Below, one piece after another: positions 41,281 to 50,499 of a stretch of 64,000 nt of DNA. Position 1 is the first letter of the stretch; every line of letters begins with the position of its first letter. Under the pieces are notes generated by a model that saw only the letters and a list, made by a program, of their open reading frames with translations, did not search any database and was not told the DNA's origin. Location of the stretch: positions 3,973-67,972 of the forward strand of contig JAEYXS010000055.1 of NCBI GenBank assembly GCA_023431185.1, given 5' to 3'. Source of the stretch: Verrucomicrobiota bacterium. GTDB taxonomy: Bacteria; Verrucomicrobiota; Verrucomicrobiia; Limisphaerales; JAEYXS01. A program made the translations under genes and the position numbers.

Positions 41281-42558
41281 TCAGCCTTTGGCATTGTTCA
41301 CGGCGAAGCCCTTGGCATATGCTTCGAGGTCACCCTTCGGATCGAACTTCACACCGTCGAACATCTCCCAGCCGGAGTCGTCCTGGGCGCGATCAGTCAC
41401 GCCGATCTCCTTCATCGCCTCGGTGTAGATGTCGCTGCGCATGACCTGCTTGGCGACGCCATCGTAATCCGGCTTGCCGGTGACCATGCCCCAGCGGCGG
41501 AACTGCGTGAGCCACCATTTGGCGTAAGACGGCTGCGGGTAGTTGCAGTTGCGCTTGCTGAAGTGCATGTAGAACTCGTCCTGCATCGTACGGCCGTCAC
41601 CGTAATCCATCTTGCCCTGGAGACGACCAAGGATGGTGTCCTTGTCGCAGTTGATGAAGTTCGGCTTGCTGACGATGTCACATTGTTCTGGACGGTTGTT
41701 GAGATCGTCGAGCCAGACGCTGGTGTCATGCAGGCCTTTGAGCACGGCCTTCACAGTCTTGGGATTCTTGGCCGCGAAGTCAGCAGTGAAGGCGCAGACC
41801 TTCTCCGGGTGATCCTTCCAGATGTCTTGCGTGGTGACGGATGTGAAACCGATCTTGTCCGCGATGGAACGGGCGTTCCACGGCTCACCCACGCAGAAGC
41901 CATCCATCTTGCCGATCTTCATGTTGGCGACCATCTGTGCGGGCGGGATGGTGAGCAGAGAGATGTCCTTGTCAGGATTGATGCCACCGGCGGCGAGGTA
42001 GTAGCGCATCCACATGGCGTGCGTGCCGGGCGGGAACGTCATGGCGAAAGACATCGGCTCACCGAGTTTCTTGGCCTTGTCCACGAAGGGCTTCAAAGCC
42101 TTGGGATCAGCGCCCACCTTGCCTTTGAACTCGGCCTTAAGCGTGATGGCCTGGCCGTTGCGGTTCACAAGCCACGGAATGATCATCGGCTTTTTCGGTG
42201 AACCAAGCAGACCCATGGTGGAGGCGATGGGCATGCCGATGAGCATGTGCGTCATCTGGTTGTCACCGCTGGAGAGCGAGTCACGGATGGCGGCCCAGTT
42301 GGCACCCTTGGCGATGGTGACGTTCACGCCGTACTTCTTGAAGAAGCCCTTTTCAGAGCCGACTACAAAAGGTGAACAATCCGTCAGCGCGATGATACCG
42401 CAGCGAAGATTCGCGGTTTCAGGAGCGTCACTGGCATAGGTGCTGCCGACCCAGCCCTTGGGCAGACCGGAGAAGAGCGCGCCCAAGGTAAGGCCCTTGG
42501 CCGACACGCCGAGGAACTTGCGGCGGCTGAGATTGGTGTTGGTTGGCTTCTGTTTCAT
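41281..42558 (-). CDS. nrtA: Nitrate ABC transporter substrate-binding protein (Tat-type signal)
   Basis: The signal region is RRKFLGVSAKGLTLGALF. The NMT1/NrtA-like body includes GIIALTDCSPFVVGSEKGFFKKYG. Confidence 0.85.
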   Translation of the reverse strand: MKQKPTNTNLSRRKFLGVSAKGLTLGALFSGLPKGWVGSTYASDAPETANLRCGIIALTDCSPFVVGSEKGFFKKYGVNVTIAKGANWAAIRDSLSSGDNQMTHMLIGMPIASTMGLLGSPKKPMIIPWLVNRNGQAITLKAEFKGKVGADPKALKPFVDKAKKLGEPMSFAMTFPPGTHAMWMRYYLAAGGINPDKDISLLTIPPAQMVANMKIGKMDGFCVGEPWNARSIADKIGFTSVTTQDIWKDHPEKVCAFTADFAAKNPKTVKAVLKGLHDTSVWLDDLNNRPEQCDIVSKPNFINCDKDTILGRLQGKMDYGDGRTMQDEFYMHFSKRNCNYPQPSYAKWWLTQFRRWGMVTGKPDYDGVAKQVMRSDIYTEAMKEIGVTDRAQDDSGWEMFDGVKFDPKGDLEAYAKGFAVNNAKG

Positions 42559-42840
42559 GGATTCGTTTTCTGGATGGGGTTATTTGGATCGGACGGCCTT
42601 GAGGAGTAAACGGCGACGGGCAAAGCAATCCACGGCTGTTTCCAGCGCAGACTTCTCCGCCCCGCACTCGGAAGCCGCCAGCAGGAGGATGTGCGACCAG
42701 CCGCTGGAGCGGCTTTTGCGCACATTCAAACCGGCTGACACTGTTGACTTCGCGGTCACCATGCCGAGCAATCAAGCTCCTGCTGTGCCAGCCGGGACAA
42801 GATGTGTTGATTAACGCGCTGATTTCTATTTCTCGAATTG

Positions 42841-42855
42841 ATGAATCGAATTCAT
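42841..42855. promoter_or_regulatory. Dyad ATGAA-N5-TTCAT upstream of nrtA
   Basis: The sequence atgaatcgaattcat lies 283 nt upstream of the nrtA start, in a 600-nt AT-richer intergenic region. Confidence 0.5.
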
Positions 42856-43162
42856 TGATGTTCCAGATGGCTTGGGAACAAGGGGCTAAGTATCCGCGAA
42901 CTCAGTGAAGCTTGATTCCAACCAATAAAATCAAGGGGACTATGCAGGTCAGATTTAGCCAGCACGCCCAAAGCACATGGCGAAAAATAAGCAAAGGCGG
43001 CATTAACAGTCAGCAGAGCTGTTGAAATGGGAACAGCAGCATGCACTCAAAAACAGGAGCTGGCGAAACGAAGTGGTGCGGGGAAATACATCACGAAACG
43101 TAGTAACCATCGAATATCAAACTGCTACGGCTGGTCCTCCGTGGACACAGCCGCAGTCTGCG

Positions 43163-44263
43163 CTAGACCACGAGCGGCTGGTTGCCCGCATTGGCGATCG
43201 ATAGCGGGCGACGGCATTCGGCAAATAACTGGTGCCCTTCTTCGTAGAGGTCCTGCCGGAAGACCTTCCCCGCCGTGCCGCGCACGATGCCATCTGGCTG
43301 CGTGGCCATGCCGCTGTGGATGAGGTGATTGATGACCCACGCGGCCTTGTCGAGCGAGGGCTCGTTCGCGCCGTGCTTGTGGAACACAAGGAAATCATCG
43401 GAGGCACGCGTACGGCCGTAACCGCAATCGAACGTGGTGGTCAGGCTCTGGCGCAGGTTCTGCGCGGGCACATTCAGATACGCCGGGCGGGAGAGGATGT
43501 TCACGAGTTCATCACGATGCTCGGGATTATCGCAGTAATCGCAGGCTTCCAGCATGGCGGCGACGAGGCGGGTGTGTTCGTCGGCGTGATGGTCCAGAAA
43601 CTCTTTCCGCACCATGAGGACTTTCTCGGGATGATTCGGGGCGAGTTCCGCGCTGGTGGTCACGCACCAGCCGATGCCCGCCCGCACAGCAACGGAGTTC
43701 CAAGGTTCACCGACGCAGTAACCATCCAAGTTACCCGCGCGGAGATTGGCGAACATCTGGGGTGGCGGCACGACAACGATGTGCACATCCTTATCCGGAT
43801 CGATGCGGCCGCTGCGCAGCCACTGGCGCAGGAGGAAATTGTGCGAGGAAAAAGGATAGACGACGCCAAAGGTGTAGGTGCGCTCGCCGCGATCGCGGTC
43901 TATCACCTGCTTAAGGGTGCGAGCATCGCGCACGCCCCGGTCGTAGAGGTCCTTGGAAAGCGTGATGGCGTTGCCGTGCAGATTCAGTACCAGCGCGGTG
44001 GAGCATTCGCAGACGATGGAGCCCAGGCCGAGGGTCGCAGCGAAGGGCATGCCGGCGACGGCGTGCGCGGCGTCCAACTCGCCGTAGATGACCTTGTCCC
44101 GGATGGTCGCCCAACCGGGCTCCCGGGACAGCTCGACGTTCAGGTCATACCGGGCGAAGAAACCCTTCTCCTGTGCAACCAGGAAAGGGGCGCAATCGAT
44201 GAGTGGCACGTAGCCGATCTTGAGCCGCCGGATATTGCGCTGGGAGCGGTTACGGATGTTCAT
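43163..44263 (-). CDS. Cytoplasmic NrtA-like (NMT1/NasS-like) nitrate-binding domain protein, no signal peptide
   Basis: The N-terminus is MNIRNRSQRNIRRLKIGYVPLIDCAPFLVAQEKGFFARYDLNVEL. It is homologous to the mature part of NrtA but lacks an export signal. Confidence 0.7.
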   Translation of the reverse strand: MNIRNRSQRNIRRLKIGYVPLIDCAPFLVAQEKGFFARYDLNVELSREPGWATIRDKVIYGELDAAHAVAGMPFAATLGLGSIVCECSTALVLNLHGNAITLSKDLYDRGVRDARTLKQVIDRDRGERTYTFGVVYPFSSHNFLLRQWLRSGRIDPDKDVHIVVVPPPQMFANLRAGNLDGYCVGEPWNSVAVRAGIGWCVTTSAELAPNHPEKVLMVRKEFLDHHADEHTRLVAAMLEACDYCDNPEHRDELVNILSRPAYLNVPAQNLRQSLTTTFDCGYGRTRASDDFLVFHKHGANEPSLDKAAWVINHLIHSGMATQPDGIVRGTAGKVFRQDLYEEGHQLFAECRRPLSIANAGNQPLVV

Positions 44264-44365
44264 AGACGGTGGTTCAAATTGCCCATCGTCATTTTATAGA
44301 GCCTCTGGCGTGCCATTTCCCGAAAGTTGGCCCAATGAATGCTCTGAATTGTTTCGATGAAGAGT

Positions 44366-44380
44366 ATGAACCAGTTTCAT
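44366..44380. promoter_or_regulatory. Dyad ATGAA-N5-TTCAT in the nasS-like/lysR divergent region
   Basis: The sequence atgaaccagtttcat ends 3 nt before the proposed lysR ATG and lies 103 nt upstream of the NrtA-like gene start. Confidence 0.5.
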
Positions 44381-44382
44381 CC

Positions 44383-45327
44383 ATGAATCAGCCGCTCGAT
44401 AGCCGCCAATTAAGGGCCTTTGTGACCCTTGCCAGAACGGGAAGCTTCACGCTTGCCGCCAAAGAACTGTTCCTTTCCCAATCGGCCGTGAGCCATTCCA
44501 TGAAGGCTCTGGAGAACGATGTAGGGTGTCGCCTTTTTGACAGGGTGGGCAAAAAGGTATCACTAACGCTCGCAGGTGAACAACTTTTGCAGTATGCGGA
44601 AAAAATTCTGCAGGAGATGTCCAGCGCCCGGGATTCGCTTGAAAACTTGGGCAAATGGGGCCGGAGCCGCCTGCGGTTGGGAGCCAGCACCACGGCGTGC
44701 CAGTATGTGCTGCCCTCCGTACTGCGGGAGTTCAAAGAGAGCTTCCCGGACTGCATCGTGACGATTGAGCCGGGGGATTCTCCGACCCTCGTGGATTTGG
44801 TGCGGAATCATCGCGTGGATCTAGCGCTGACGCTGGAGCCGAAACTGGATGATCAACTGGCGTTTCACCCGCTCTTCGATGATGAGTTGATGTTCCTGGT
44901 AAGCCCGCTGCATCCGTGGGCGGTGAAGGGCCAGGTGAACCGCGCGGAGATCCCGAAGCAGAACTACATCCTCTACAACCGGAACAGCTACACTTTCTCC
45001 GTGGTGGAGGAATACTTCACGCAGGAGGGTTTCGACCTGAAGACATTCATGCAGCTCGGCAGCATGGAGGCGATCAAGGAACTGGTGAAGCTGGGCCTGG
45101 GCGTCAGCGTGCTGGCCCCGTGGATCGCACAGAAGGAATTGCAGGAACGCTCACTCGTCGCCCTGCCCTTGGGTCGTCGTAAGTTGAAACGCAACTGGGG
45201 TGTGCTGCACTGGAAGAGCCGTCACTTGAGCCTCGCGGAACAGACGTTCCTCGGGCTCTGCGAATCGGTGACCGAAGAATTGTCACGGAAGATCGCCATC
45301 ACGGAAGCCGTCGGTGAAGCCGCTTAA
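44383..45327 (+). CDS. LysR-family transcriptional regulator
   Basis: The N-terminal wHTH is MNQPLDSRQLRAFVTLARTGSFTLAAKELFLSQSAVSHSMKALE, followed by a LysR substrate-binding domain. The start could alternatively be at 44335 or 44269. Confidence 0.85.
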   Translation: MNQPLDSRQLRAFVTLARTGSFTLAAKELFLSQSAVSHSMKALENDVGCRLFDRVGKKVSLTLAGEQLLQYAEKILQEMSSARDSLENLGKWGRSRLRLGASTTACQYVLPSVLREFKESFPDCIVTIEPGDSPTLVDLVRNHRVDLALTLEPKLDDQLAFHPLFDDELMFLVSPLHPWAVKGQVNRAEIPKQNYILYNRNSYTFSVVEEYFTQEGFDLKTFMQLGSMEAIKELVKLGLGVSVLAPWIAQKELQERSLVALPLGRRKLKRNWGVLHWKSRHLSLAEQTFLGLCESVTEELSRKIAITEAVGEAA

Positions 45328-45400
45328 GTTCCTCATAGCCAGCGCAATAAAGGGCGAATCTTTACGGTTGTCTCAGGCATTTCACGGCCTATCTTGAGGG

Positions 45401-48400
45401 GTGATGACCCTGGACGCAAAGTCGTACCATAAGCCATGGGCGTATTGTGCCACCTGGCTGCTCTGCTGGTTGCTTATTTGCACCAGCAGCCTCCGAGCGG
45501 ACGAGTATGATGACCTGCGGCAGAAGTGGTTCGATACGATCGTGGGTGCGGGCTACGACCCCATCGATCCGGTCATCGCTCCCAAGCTGACGAGTATCGC
45601 CAATTCGGCCAACGCGAGTTGGGCGAGCATGGATAAATCCCCTACCCGCACGTACCTCTGGAGCGACCTGGCCAGCACCACGGTTTCCTCGCACATCACC
45701 AGCAACTATGGCCGGTTGCGGGCGATGGCCTTGGGCTACGCCACGCCGGGTTCTTCGCTCCAAGGTAACGCCAACCTGCTGGCCGACCTCTTGAGCGCCT
45801 TGGACTGGATGCATGCCAACCGTTACAACGCCACCAAGACCATTTACGACAACTGGTGGGATTTCGAGATCGGCACGCCGATGCATCTGGGGGATATCGC
45901 GGTGCTGCTTTACGGCCAGCTCAGCCCCACCCAGATTTCGAATTACATGGGGGCGGTGGATAAGTTCACGCCCTCCGCGACCACGCAGGCACCGGGCGGA
46001 ACGACGGGCACGTTCACGGGGGCGAACCGCATGTGGAAGATCCGGGTGGTGGCGGTACGTGGTGCGGTGGTGAAGGATGGGGCCAAGCTGGTCGCGGCTC
46101 GGGATGCTTTCAGCAATCTCTTTCCCTATGTGACGAGTGGTGATGGTTTTTATACGGACGGCTCCTTTTTGCAGCATACCACGCACCCTTACACGGCGGG
46201 TTACGGGGCGAGCCTGATAGCGACCATCGCCCCCGTGATGAATCTGCTGGCGGGTTCCACCTGGGAGGTCACTGACCCCTTGAAGGACAACCTGTATCGC
46301 TGGGTGTTCGATTCGTTTGAGCCGATCATTTATCGCGGGGCGGCCTGGGACCTGGTTCGCGGGCGGGAGGCGGGGCGTTCTGGTGCCAGTGCACAGGCCA
46401 CGGGACATTCGATGATTGATTCCATCATGCAGGTGGCGCAGTTCGCACCGCCAGCCGACGCGGCGCGGATGAAGAGCATGATCAAGGAATGGGCGCTGAG
46501 CGATACGGTGCGGGATTTCGTGGCCAACCGACCCTTGCCCACGGTGAAGATGGCGCAGAGCCTGATGAATGATGCGGGCATCATCCGGCGGGGAGAGTTG
46601 ATCAAGCACTTCACTTTTCCGGAGATGGACCGCGTGGTGCATCTGGGAGCGGGTTACGGCTTCGGACTGAGCATGAGTTCCACGCGCATAGCGAATTTTG
46701 AATCTATCAACGGGGAAAATCTGAAGGGCTGGTACACGGGTGATGGCATGACGATCCTCTACAACTCCGATCTGCTTCAGTTCGGTGATAACTATTGGGC
46801 GACGATCGATGCCTATCGTCTGCCCGGGGTAACGGTGGATGTGACGAAGAGCAAGCTGCCGCATCAGACGGCGTCCATCGGACCGCGCGCCCAAGGGCAG
46901 AACACGCTCTCACCGCATAACTGGGTGGGTGGTGCGACGCTAGACAAGTTCGGCGCGGCGGGCATGCAGTTCAAGGGCGTGGGAGTGACGCTGACGGGCA
47001 AGAAATCGTGGTTCATGTTCGATGACGAAATCGTCTGCCTGGGCGCAGGCATCACGAGCACGGATGGACGCCCCATCGAGACAACGGTGGAGAACCGCAA
47101 GATTTCCAGCACGGGCGCAAACGCGTTCACGGTGAATGATACGAAGCTATCGTCCTCATTGGGATGGAGCGATATCTTAAGCGGCACCTCCTGGGCACAT
47201 CTCGCAGGACATATCGGCGGCGATGACATAGGTTATTATTTTCCGGAAGCCACGGAGATCATAGCGGTAAGGGAGGCACGGACTGGGGCCACCTCGGACA
47301 TCGATGACGGAGGATCCACCACGCCGATCACGAGGAATTATCTGCGGATGACACTGGATCACGGGTCGAACCCTTTGGACGCCACCTACCAATACGTGCT
47401 GCTGCCTGGACGCTCGGCAAGGCACACGAAAACATACGCCCAACACCCCCAGATCACGGTGTTGACGAACACCGCGAATGTGCAAGCGGTGCGCGAAACG
47501 ACGCTGGGCATCACGGCGGCGAACTTCTGGACGGATACGACCCAGACAGCGGGTGGCATCACGGCGAACAAGAAGTGCTCGGTACTCGTGTGTGAGGACG
47601 GAGCATTCATTGACGTGGCCGTGAGTGACCCGACGCAGGCGAATACCGGAACCATCACTCTGCAGATCGACAAGGTCGGCTCGATCATCAGCGCCGATCC
47701 TGGCATCAGCATAAACGCCTTCTCCCACACGATCTCCATGACGATCAATGTGAACGGTTCGAATGGGAAGACGTTCAAAGCACGTTTTTATCGAGGCGAA
47801 CCACAGCTCGTGACCATCCCCGCCGAGGCGGACACTTACACGTATGACAACGATGCCAACAAGGATTCGAATTACGGCAACGCATCCAACCTGGTCGTCA
47901 AGAAGAGCGGTGCCGGGTTCAACCGCGAGGCTTACGTTCGTTTTAACATCCCCGATGTCGGCGGCATCCTGTTCAGCTTGTCGATGGATCTCTACTGCCT
48001 GCAGGCGAGCTCGCCCGGAGTGCATGGAGTTTACCTGGTGCCGGATACCACATGGTCGGAAACAGCGGTCACCTGGAACAACGCCCCCGCAGCAACAGGT
48101 CCCGCATTGGCGACTTGGACCCCGGTCGCGGCAGCCACCCTGGTCTTCGGTTTCGGCAAGACCATCACCAATACCGGGCCCATATCTTTCAAGATTTTGG
48201 CCACCACGCAGACGGCGGATGGTTATGTGTCTTACGCCTCAAGCGAAAACAGCCTGGCCTCAAACGGACCTCACCTCACCTTGGCCGTGGGACACACTCC
48301 ACCTGAAATCAAAATCACGAGCCCAAAAGATGGAGCGTATCATCCCCAAGCCGGCCCGGTAACGATCACGACAGAGGTCACGGCAACGGACGGAGCGATA

Positions 48401-49936
48401 ACCGAGGTGAAGTTTTACAACGGGGCCAACTTATTGGGCGTGGATAACAACGGAGCGCCTTATGAATTGGCGACGACGTTGCCGGGCGGGCAGCATCAAC
48501 TCACGGCGGTGGCGAGAGATGCGAACGGACTGAGCCGCACAAGCCTGGTGCATCATGTGGAGATCGCGTATGCGCCGACGGCGAATAACACGACGGTGAC
48601 GACACCACAGAGCACAGTGGTAGACGTGGACTTGCGCACGCTGGTGAACGATGTCGAGACCCCGACGGCGCAACTGCGCTTCAAGGTGAGTGCGCCGCAG
48701 AATGGCACGGTGACGTTGCTGGCGGATGGTTACACGGCCAGGTTCACCCCGACGGCGGGTTACAACGGTCCGGCAAACTTCACCTACACGGTGCTGGACA
48801 AGTCTTACGATGGGCGGGCGCTGTTCCTCTACGATTTCCAGACGGGCAACACCACGGATACGACGGGGCAAGGTCGTGACGCGACGGAGACGGTCGTGGG
48901 CACGGGCAGCGTGAGCTACACCTCAGATGTGCCGACCATCTTCGCACCACAGGCGGGGCAGAGTGTTTACCTGACGGAGAATGGCACGGCGGGAGCGGCG
49001 CGGCTGGAGCGGGCGCTCACGACGACGGAGCTGGATCTGAAGAATGCGGATTGGACAATCGGTGGCTGGTTCAAACGCGCGGGCACGGCGAACCTCGATC
49101 TCATCTTGCAACTCGGTGAATCGGGCGGTTACGGGAACAACGCGATGACGTTGGGTTACTACGGCACGGGCAATACGTTGGAGCTGCGCAATTACAATGG
49201 CGCGACGCAGGACGTGGGCATCACAAAGGCGAATGTGACGGCGGGTGTGTGGCATCATTTCGCCATCGTGCGGAATGGCGGCACGTTGAGCTTGTATGTG
49301 GATGGCACGCTGGCGGGAAGTGATAACGCGTTCGCGTTCAGTTTCGATAACAGCAAGACGGTGCGGTATGGCGGGGTGAGTCTGCCCACGAGCAGTGCGA
49401 TGTGGGATCGGTGGTGGAAAGGGTCGCTGGCCGATCTGGCGATGTTCAACACGGCGCTCAGCGCGAGCGACGTGACGAAACTGGGCGGATCGCCCACGGC
49501 TTATTTCGCGGGGCAATCAGGGACGAATACAGTGAACATCAGCGTGCTCAGCCCGTTGGAGAGCTGGCGCATCGCGAACTTTGGTTCCGCGAGTAACAAC
49601 GATGCGGCAGACCCGGATGGAGACGGTTACACGAATGCACAGGAGTATGTGCTGGGGACGAATCCGCAAACGGGTAATACGGAACGGATGACACCGACAG
49701 CCACAGGCGGGATGGTGAATTTCAGCTTCACGGCGATGAAGGCCGAAGGGGTGGCGTACGCGGGGTTGACGCGGCGTTACACGGTGGAATACGCGACTGC
49801 ATTCGGGAACCCGACGGTTTGGGCGGGGGTGACGGGCTACGTTGATATCGTGGGGAACAATCAGACGGTGGCGGTGAGTTTGCCGGTGAATGGCGGGGGA
49901 AAGTTTTATCGGGTGAAGGTGGTGTTGGGGCCTTGA
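45401..49936 (+). CDS. Polysaccharide lyase family 8-like enzyme with DNRLRE-like, Ig-like, LamG and C-terminal FYR modules
   Basis: The PL8 N-terminal and catalytic regions show NWWDFEIGTP and FLQHTTHPYTAGYGASL. Other motifs are NYGNASNLVVKKSGAGFNREAYVRFNI (DNRLRE-like), a LamG segment (WHHFAIVRNGGTLSLYVDG) and DPDGDGYTNAQE. The protein ends GKFYRVKVVLGP. Confidence 0.8.
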   Translation: MMTLDAKSYHKPWAYCATWLLCWLLICTSSLRADEYDDLRQKWFDTIVGAGYDPIDPVIAPKLTSIANSANASWASMDKSPTRTYLWSDLASTTVSSHITSNYGRLRAMALGYATPGSSLQGNANLLADLLSALDWMHANRYNATKTIYDNWWDFEIGTPMHLGDIAVLLYGQLSPTQISNYMGAVDKFTPSATTQAPGGTTGTFTGANRMWKIRVVAVRGAVVKDGAKLVAARDAFSNLFPYVTSGDGFYTDGSFLQHTTHPYTAGYGASLIATIAPVMNLLAGSTWEVTDPLKDNLYRWVFDSFEPIIYRGAAWDLVRGREAGRSGASAQATGHSMIDSIMQVAQFAPPADAARMKSMIKEWALSDTVRDFVANRPLPTVKMAQSLMNDAGIIRRGELIKHFTFPEMDRVVHLGAGYGFGLSMSSTRIANFESINGENLKGWYTGDGMTILYNSDLLQFGDNYWATIDAYRLPGVTVDVTKSKLPHQTASIGPRAQGQNTLSPHNWVGGATLDKFGAAGMQFKGVGVTLTGKKSWFMFDDEIVCLGAGITSTDGRPIETTVENRKISSTGANAFTVNDTKLSSSLGWSDILSGTSWAHLAGHIGGDDIGYYFPEATEIIAVREARTGATSDIDDGGSTTPITRNYLRMTLDHGSNPLDATYQYVLLPGRSARHTKTYAQHPQITVLTNTANVQAVRETTLGITAANFWTDTTQTAGGITANKKCSVLVCEDGAFIDVAVSDPTQANTGTITLQIDKVGSIISADPGISINAFSHTISMTINVNGSNGKTFKARFYRGEPQLVTIPAEADTYTYDNDANKDSNYGNASNLVVKKSGAGFNREAYVRFNIPDVGGILFSLSMDLYCLQASSPGVHGVYLVPDTTWSETAVTWNNAPAATGPALATWTPVAAATLVFGFGKTITNTGPISFKILATTQTADGYVSYASSENSLASNGPHLTLAVGHTPPEIKITSPKDGAYHPQAGPVTITTEVTATDGAITEVKFYNGANLLGVDNNGAPYELATTLPGGQHQLTAVARDANGLSRTSLVHHVEIAYAPTANNTTVTTPQSTVVDVDLRTLVNDVETPTAQLRFKVSAPQNGTVTLLADGYTARFTPTAGYNGPANFTYTVLDKSYDGRALFLYDFQTGNTTDTTGQGRDATETVVGTGSVSYTSDVPTIFAPQAGQSVYLTENGTAGAARLERALTTTELDLKNADWTIGGWFKRAGTANLDLILQLGESGGYGNNAMTLGYYGTGNTLELRNYNGATQDVGITKANVTAGVWHHFAIVRNGGTLSLYVDGTLAGSDNAFAFSFDNSKTVRYGGVSLPTSSAMWDRWWKGSLADLAMFNTALSASDVTKLGGSPTAYFAGQSGTNTVNISVLSPLESWRIANFGSASNNDAADPDGDGYTNAQEYVLGTNPQTGNTERMTPTATGGMVNFSFTAMKAEGVAYAGLTRRYTVEYATAFGNPTVWAGVTGYVDIVGNNQTVAVSLPVNGGGKFYRVKVVLGP

Positions 49937-49941
49937 AGGAT

Positions 49942-49978
49942 GCTAACCGCAGATGGACGCAGATAAGCGCAGATGGGG
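49942..49978 (-). repeat. ATCTGCG-type array (copy f, inverted orientation)
   Basis: The sequence is gctaaccgcagatggacgcagataagcgcagatgggg, the reverse complement of ccccATCTGCGcttATCTGCGtccATCTGCGGTTAgc. Confidence 0.7.
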
Positions 49979-49992
49979 CAAAGCAGCTAACA

Positions 49993-50322
49993 TCAGAGAT
50001 GATACTCGGTCCCATCACGGACCAAGATGATACGCTCCGCACCGGAACGCTCCGGTCTATTGCTGATGGCCAGCCAGCGATTGAACTCCGCCTGATTAGC
50101 CACCTCCACACGAACGATCATCACACGATCGCTCCATAGAAGATTGATCCGGTTCCGCGCGTCGGGGTTTTTAGGAAAAGAAAGCGCCAAAGTCGTAAAA
50201 CTTTCACTGCGCAGGTATCTGCCCATTGCCCCTTGCTGGTATTCGCGATGGATAACAAAAACGAGTGCGGCAACGGTGATTGCCACAAACCACTTAAAGA
50301 ATCTGGCTGGCGGATAGATCAT
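49993..50322 (-). CDS. Hypothetical small membrane-anchored protein
   Basis: The start was taken at MIYPPARFFKWFVAITVAALVFVI so as not to overlap the tRNA fragment. The gene is AT-richer than the PL8 gene. Confidence 0.4.
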   Translation of the reverse strand: MIYPPARFFKWFVAITVAALVFVIHREYQQGAMGRYLRSESFTTLALSFPKNPDARNRINLLWSDRVMIVRVEVANQAEFNRWLAISNRPERSGAERIILVRDGTEYHL

Positions 50323-50334
50323 GCTCCAAAAAGT

Positions 50335-50392
50335 TGGTGCGCGAGAAAGGACTTGAACCTTCACCCCTTACGGGACCAGATCCTAAGTCTGG
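50335..50392 (-). pseudogene. 3' part of a split tRNA-Leu(UAG) gene (tRNA positions 27-84 including CCA)
   Basis: The minus-strand sequence is CCAGA-CTTAGGA-TCTGG-tcccgtaaggggt-GAAGG-TTCAAGT-CCTTT-CTCGCGC-ACCA. No matching D-arm or 5' acceptor strand lies adjacent. Confidence 0.85.
50380..50392. repeat. 13-bp direct repeat ATCCTAAGTCTGG (left att core)
   Basis: It is identical to 57494-57506 and corresponds to the anticodon stem-loop of the split tRNA. Confidence 0.85.
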
Positions 50393-50470
50393 TAGTTGCT
50401 GCACTGAGAGACTTTTTTGTGCGTTGGTAGAGAGCAACTTAGATTTTTCACGTTCTTATAGGCATGTGCA

Positions 50471-50491
50471 TGTGCCACTTTTTGTGCCAGT
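50471..50491 (+). promoter_or_regulatory. Double heptamer TGTGCCAC-TTTTT-GTGCCAGT (candidate integrase arm-type/operator site, left)
   Basis: An identical 21-mer lies at 57350-57370. This copy sits 78 nt from the core and 8 nt before the int ATG. Confidence 0.55.
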
Positions 50492-50499
50492 GTTAGCCT

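Noticed and set aside
50335-50425. Reading 50335-50425 (minus strand) as one complete tRNA gene.
   Set aside because: Upstream of the anticodon stem, the minus-strand sequence (...gtctctcagtgcagcaacta) cannot form a D arm or pair with the 3' acceptor strand CTCGCGC. The true 5' half is at 57494-57532.
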